From the NCBI GenBank assembly GCA_045596565.1, contig JAZOCQ010000154.1:1-33850 (forward strand): 33,850 nucleotides of DNA, in the 5' to 3' direction. The DNA is from Acutalibacteraceae bacterium. Lineage in GTDB: Bacteria; Bacillota; Clostridia; Oscillospirales; Acutalibacteraceae. The notes beneath the pieces were generated by a model. The model was not told the DNA's origin. It was given only the letters and a program-made list of their open reading frames with translations, and did no database searches. Below are positions 31,133 through 33,850 of the stretch, in pieces; the first letter of the stretch is position 1; each line of letters begins with the position of its first letter. Position numbers and translations under genes: made by a program.

Positions 31133-32500
31133 TTATAAAAAGGAAGTCGCAATCCAAAAATAGATGGTCAACGACACCGCGTCCACGATGGTAGTGATAA
31201 ACGGACTTGCCATTACCGCGGGGTCAAAACCCACTTTTTTAGCGAGCAACGGCAAGGTGCATCCCACCAATTTGGCAATCACCACCGTCAGCAAAACGGT
31301 GACGCTGACTACCAATGCCACAGCAAGCGACACATCGCTTCCAAGTAACAAATTATCAAACAGAATAATTTTTACGAAATTCGCAGCAGCGAGAACAACA
31401 CCGCACAGCAGGGATACCCTGAGTTCTTTCCAAATAACGCGTATCGTATCCCGAAATGCGATTTCGCCGATTGCCAGACCGCGAATAACCGTCACCGAAG
31501 ACTGACTGCCGCTGTTACCGCCGGTACCCATTAACATAGGCATATACGCCACCAACGCCACCATGGACGATAAGGCGTTTTCAAAACCACTGATAATCAT
31601 ACCGGTAACCGTCGCAGACAGCATCAACAATATCAGCCACGGGATACGTTTGCAAAACGTTTCACCCACACCCGTTTTGAAATAGGAACGTTCGGTCGGC
31701 AAAACAGCCGCCATCTTTTCGATGTCTTCGGTGGTTTCCCTTTGGATGATGTCCACCACGTCATCGACGGTGATAATACCGACCAAGCGGTTTTCGCTGT
31801 CCACGACCGGCAACACAATTAAGTCGTATTTCACAAACAAGGCGGCAACCGATTCCTGGTCTTCGTGGGTCGTAGCGGAAATGATATTGGTTTCCATCAA
31901 ATCGCCTACGAGCTGTTGTTCATCCGCGAGTAACAGTTCTTTGACCGTGACGATACCTTTCAAATGGCGGCGACTGTCGGTAACGTAACAAGTATAAATC
32001 GTTTCTTTGTCAGGACCGGTTTTACGGATATACTGCAACGCCTCCGCTACTGTCATACCCGCCTTCAAATCCACAAATTCAGTGGTCAGTACACTGCCCG
32101 CACTGTCTTCGGGGTACTTGAGCAACTGGTTGATGATACGGCGGTCCGCCGGGTCGGTCATACGCAACACACGCTTGACCACACTGGCGGGCATTTCCTC
32201 TACTAAGTCAGCCGCATCATCCATATTCAGTTCGTCCATCACGAAACCCAGTTCCTTATCCGATAACACGCTGATAAGCATTTCCTGTGTTTCGGGTTCC
32301 ATGTAGGCAAACGCCTCTGCCGCTACCGCTTTGGGTAACAAGCGGAACACCACCAACGTCTGCTCACGGGTGAGTTCGTCAAACAGCAACGCAATGTCAA
32401 CTTCATTCATCGTTTCCAAAGCCGCATGCAGAGAATTAAATTTCTTTTCCTCTATCAATTCCAGCAAATTTTCCAGAATATCGCGCATATCTTCTGCCAT
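31133..32500 (-). CDS. mgtE: Magnesium transporter MgtE
   Basis: I prefer ATG 32500 after GGGAGG (MAEDMRDILENLLELIEEKKF). The MgtE N-domain and a tandem CBS pair (LKGIVTVKELL, LVGIITVDDVVD) are followed by a C-terminal 5-TM domain with GTGGNSGSQSS. Confidence 0.92.
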   Translation of the reverse strand: MAEDMRDILENLLELIEEKKFNSLHAALETMNEVDIALLFDELTREQTLVVFRLLPKAVAAEAFAYMEPETQEMLISVLSDKELGFVMDELNMDDAADLVEEMPASVVKRVLRMTDPADRRIINQLLKYPEDSAGSVLTTEFVDLKAGMTVAEALQYIRKTGPDKETIYTCYVTDSRRHLKGIVTVKELLLADEQQLVGDLMETNIISATTHEDQESVAALFVKYDLIVLPVVDSENRLVGIITVDDVVDIIQRETTEDIEKMAAVLPTERSYFKTGVGETFCKRIPWLILLMLSATVTGMIISGFENALSSMVALVAYMPMLMGTGGNSGSQSSVTVIRGLAIGEIAFRDTIRVIWKELRVSLLCGVVLAAANFVKIILFDNLLLGSDVSLAVALVVSVTVLLTVVIAKLVGCTLPLLAKKVGFDPAVMASPFITTIVDAVSLTIYFWIATSFL

Positions 32501-32508
32501 AAAAAATA

Positions 32509-32533
32509 ACCTCCCTTGAAAATTCAGGGAGGT
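32509..32533 (-). promoter_or_regulatory. Shine-Dalgarno-sequestering hairpin in the mgtE 5' leader
   Basis: The minus strand reads ACCTCCCTGAA, TTT, TCAAGGGAGGT. The 3' arm is the mgtE SD (GGGAGG, 9 nt before the ATG) and the 5' arm is a perfect anti-SD (CCTCCC). Confidence 0.55.
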
Positions 32534-32707
32534 CAATCCATGCAATGCCGAAAAAACCGCTCGTCAAGCGAGAGGGTAATAAAGGGTAAGACCGCCCTGT
32601 ATACGTTTGTAACAGCAACTTCGAGGTATGTCGCTCACGGTCTCACTTCCTTTTCTCCAAAATATGTATATAAAATAACATAAGTGCAAACAAAATGCAA
32701 TTATTTT

Positions 32708-33826
32708 TTACACAAAACTTTGTTCAGGGGTAATCACTGCATACAAATGACTGTCCACAGCGTGAATTTCACGTGCAATTTTTGCAGTCAGCATATCCTG
32801 CGACTTTTTCAGGTCGTGCGGGAATACCAAATCAAAAATTAAATTGGTGTGGGTATCCCCGTACACCACGCGAAAATCATGCAACGTTAACCGTTCATCC
32901 GTTTGTGCCACAATGGATTCTGCAAGCAAGCGCAATTCTTTGGTGCTTTCGTCGTCGGTGTCCACGGGGTCCATATGCATACAAGCAATAACGTGGAATT
33001 TTTCCATCAGCGCCCGCTCCGCCAAATCAATGGTGTCGTGGCTTTTCATAATATCTGCGGTGCAAGGCACCTCTGCATGCAACGATACGATGGTACGGCC
33101 GGGGCCGTAGTTGTGCACAATCAAATCATGAATGCCGATAATGCCTTCAAAAGACATCACCGTTTCAGTAATCCCTTTCACCAATTCAGGTTGCGGCGCT
33201 TGTCCGAGCAAGGGAGAAACGGCATCTTTGATGACCGAGAATCCCGACCACATTACAAACAGTGCTACCAGCAAACCGATATACCCGTCCACGGCCACGT
33301 GGAATTTCCACGAAATGAGCGAAGACACCAACACCAAAGCGGTGCAAATCACGTCATTGCGACTATCGGCAAAAGAGGCGAGCAACGCTTCCGACTGTAT
33401 CCGTTTACCGATATGCCGATAGAACAGTGCCATCCAGAGTTTGACCGCAATGGCAAGCACTAAAATACAAACGGTCACCCAGTTGACAGCGGGAAGCGTA
33501 GGGGCGATGATTTTAGAAACCGCAGATTTTCCAAGTTCAAAGCCCGCCACCAAAATGAGCGCCGCTACCGCCAAAGCGGAAAGGTATTCCATGCGCCCGT
33601 GCCCAAAGGGGTGCTCATCATCGGCAGGTGCGGCAGACAGTTTAAAACCTACTAACGTCACCACCGAAGAACCCGCATCCGAAAGATTATTGAATGCGTC
33701 GGCAATGATAGCGATACTTGCCGAAAAAATACCTATGAGCAGTTTTACCAAAAAGAGAAAAACGTTGCAAGCGATACCCACATTGCCTGCCAATCTGCCA
33801 AATGCATAGCGATTTCCCTCGTCCAA
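32708..33826 (-). CDS. Cation diffusion facilitator (CDF) family divalent-metal efflux transporter
   Basis: IADAFNNLSDAGSSVV and DDEHPFGHGRMEYL are CDF signature motifs in TM2 and TM3. Six TMs are followed by a C-terminal cytoplasmic domain. The protein is 372 aa. Confidence 0.88.
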   Translation of the reverse strand: MDEGNRYAFGRLAGNVGIACNVFLFLVKLLIGIFSASIAIIADAFNNLSDAGSSVVTLVGFKLSAAPADDEHPFGHGRMEYLSALAVAALILVAGFELGKSAVSKIIAPTLPAVNWVTVCILVLAIAVKLWMALFYRHIGKRIQSEALLASFADSRNDVICTALVLVSSLISWKFHVAVDGYIGLLVALFVMWSGFSVIKDAVSPLLGQAPQPELVKGITETVMSFEGIIGIHDLIVHNYGPGRTIVSLHAEVPCTADIMKSHDTIDLAERALMEKFHVIACMHMDPVDTDDESTKELRLLAESIVAQTDERLTLHDFRVVYGDTHTNLIFDLVFPHDLKKSQDMLTAKIAREIHAVDSHLYAVITPEQSFV

Positions 33827-33850
33827 TCTTTCGGGGTCTCGTATGCATAC

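Noticed and set aside
32546-32700. A canonical M-box riboswitch call for the mgtE leader.
   Set aside because: The hallmark conserved blocks were not recognisable by eye, and the candidate region is shorter than a full M-box. I report it only as an uncertain structured leader, pending a covariance-model scan.
1-33850. CRISPR arrays, transposases or integrases, rRNA genes, toxin-antitoxin pairs, or recognised defence systems (RM, Abi, CBASS and the like).
   Set aside because: I found no regularly spaced direct repeats, no DDE, serine- or tyrosine-recombinase motifs, and no methyltransferase or cyclase motifs in any substantial ORF. The PD-(D/E)xK-like protein stands alone, without partner genes.

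Overview
This 33.85-kb window looks like chromosome from a spore-forming Firmicute, probably Clostridia. That assignment is an inference from an alpha/beta-type SASP gene, GGAGG ribosome-binding sites, sigma-A-like promoters and the gene content. No database search was possible, so every product call rests on motifs I can read in the translations.

Most of the window is housekeeping:
- DNA repair and cell division: ruvA (partial), ruvC, a DivIVA-domain protein, zapA.
- tRNA/rRNA modification: a NifS/IscS-type cysteine desulfurase with thiI, mnmA, trmO, trmL and a U32 (RlhA/TrhP-like) protein.
- RNA genes: tmRNA (ssrA) and tRNA-Gly(CCC).
- Metabolism and transport: purC, uppP, an ABC-F ATPase, mgtE and a CDF transporter.

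Five regions deserve a second look:
1. A tightly packed minus-strand operon (about 22307 to 16308) opens with an HPr-kinase-like P-loop protein, a PqqD-type peptide-binding protein, an anchorless Ser/His S26-type peptidase, an ABC exporter and VanZ. It has no lasso cyclase or radical-SAM enzyme and no obvious precursor gene. It appears to read straight into a Wzz / BY-kinase / PHP-phosphatase trio that has no sugar genes beside it.
2. Two class-B-sortase-like membrane paralogs with threonine-rich tails are interleaved, by overlapping stop/start codons, into the desulfurase-thiI operon. The second is a CinA-C/PncC fusion in which the sortase His, Cys and Arg positions all appear substituted.
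3. A 309-bp element bounded by inverted repeats fills the whole gap between the convergent ABC-F and mgtE genes. It appears to have split a bidirectional terminator.
4. An AT-rich two-gene islet containing a PD-(D/E)xK-like protein lies next to ssrA, with a 12-bp duplicate of the ssrA 3' end.
5. The mgtE leader has a hairpin that sequesters the Shine-Dalgarno sequence, but I could not recognise a canonical M-box.

I saw no CRISPR array, transposase or integrase.
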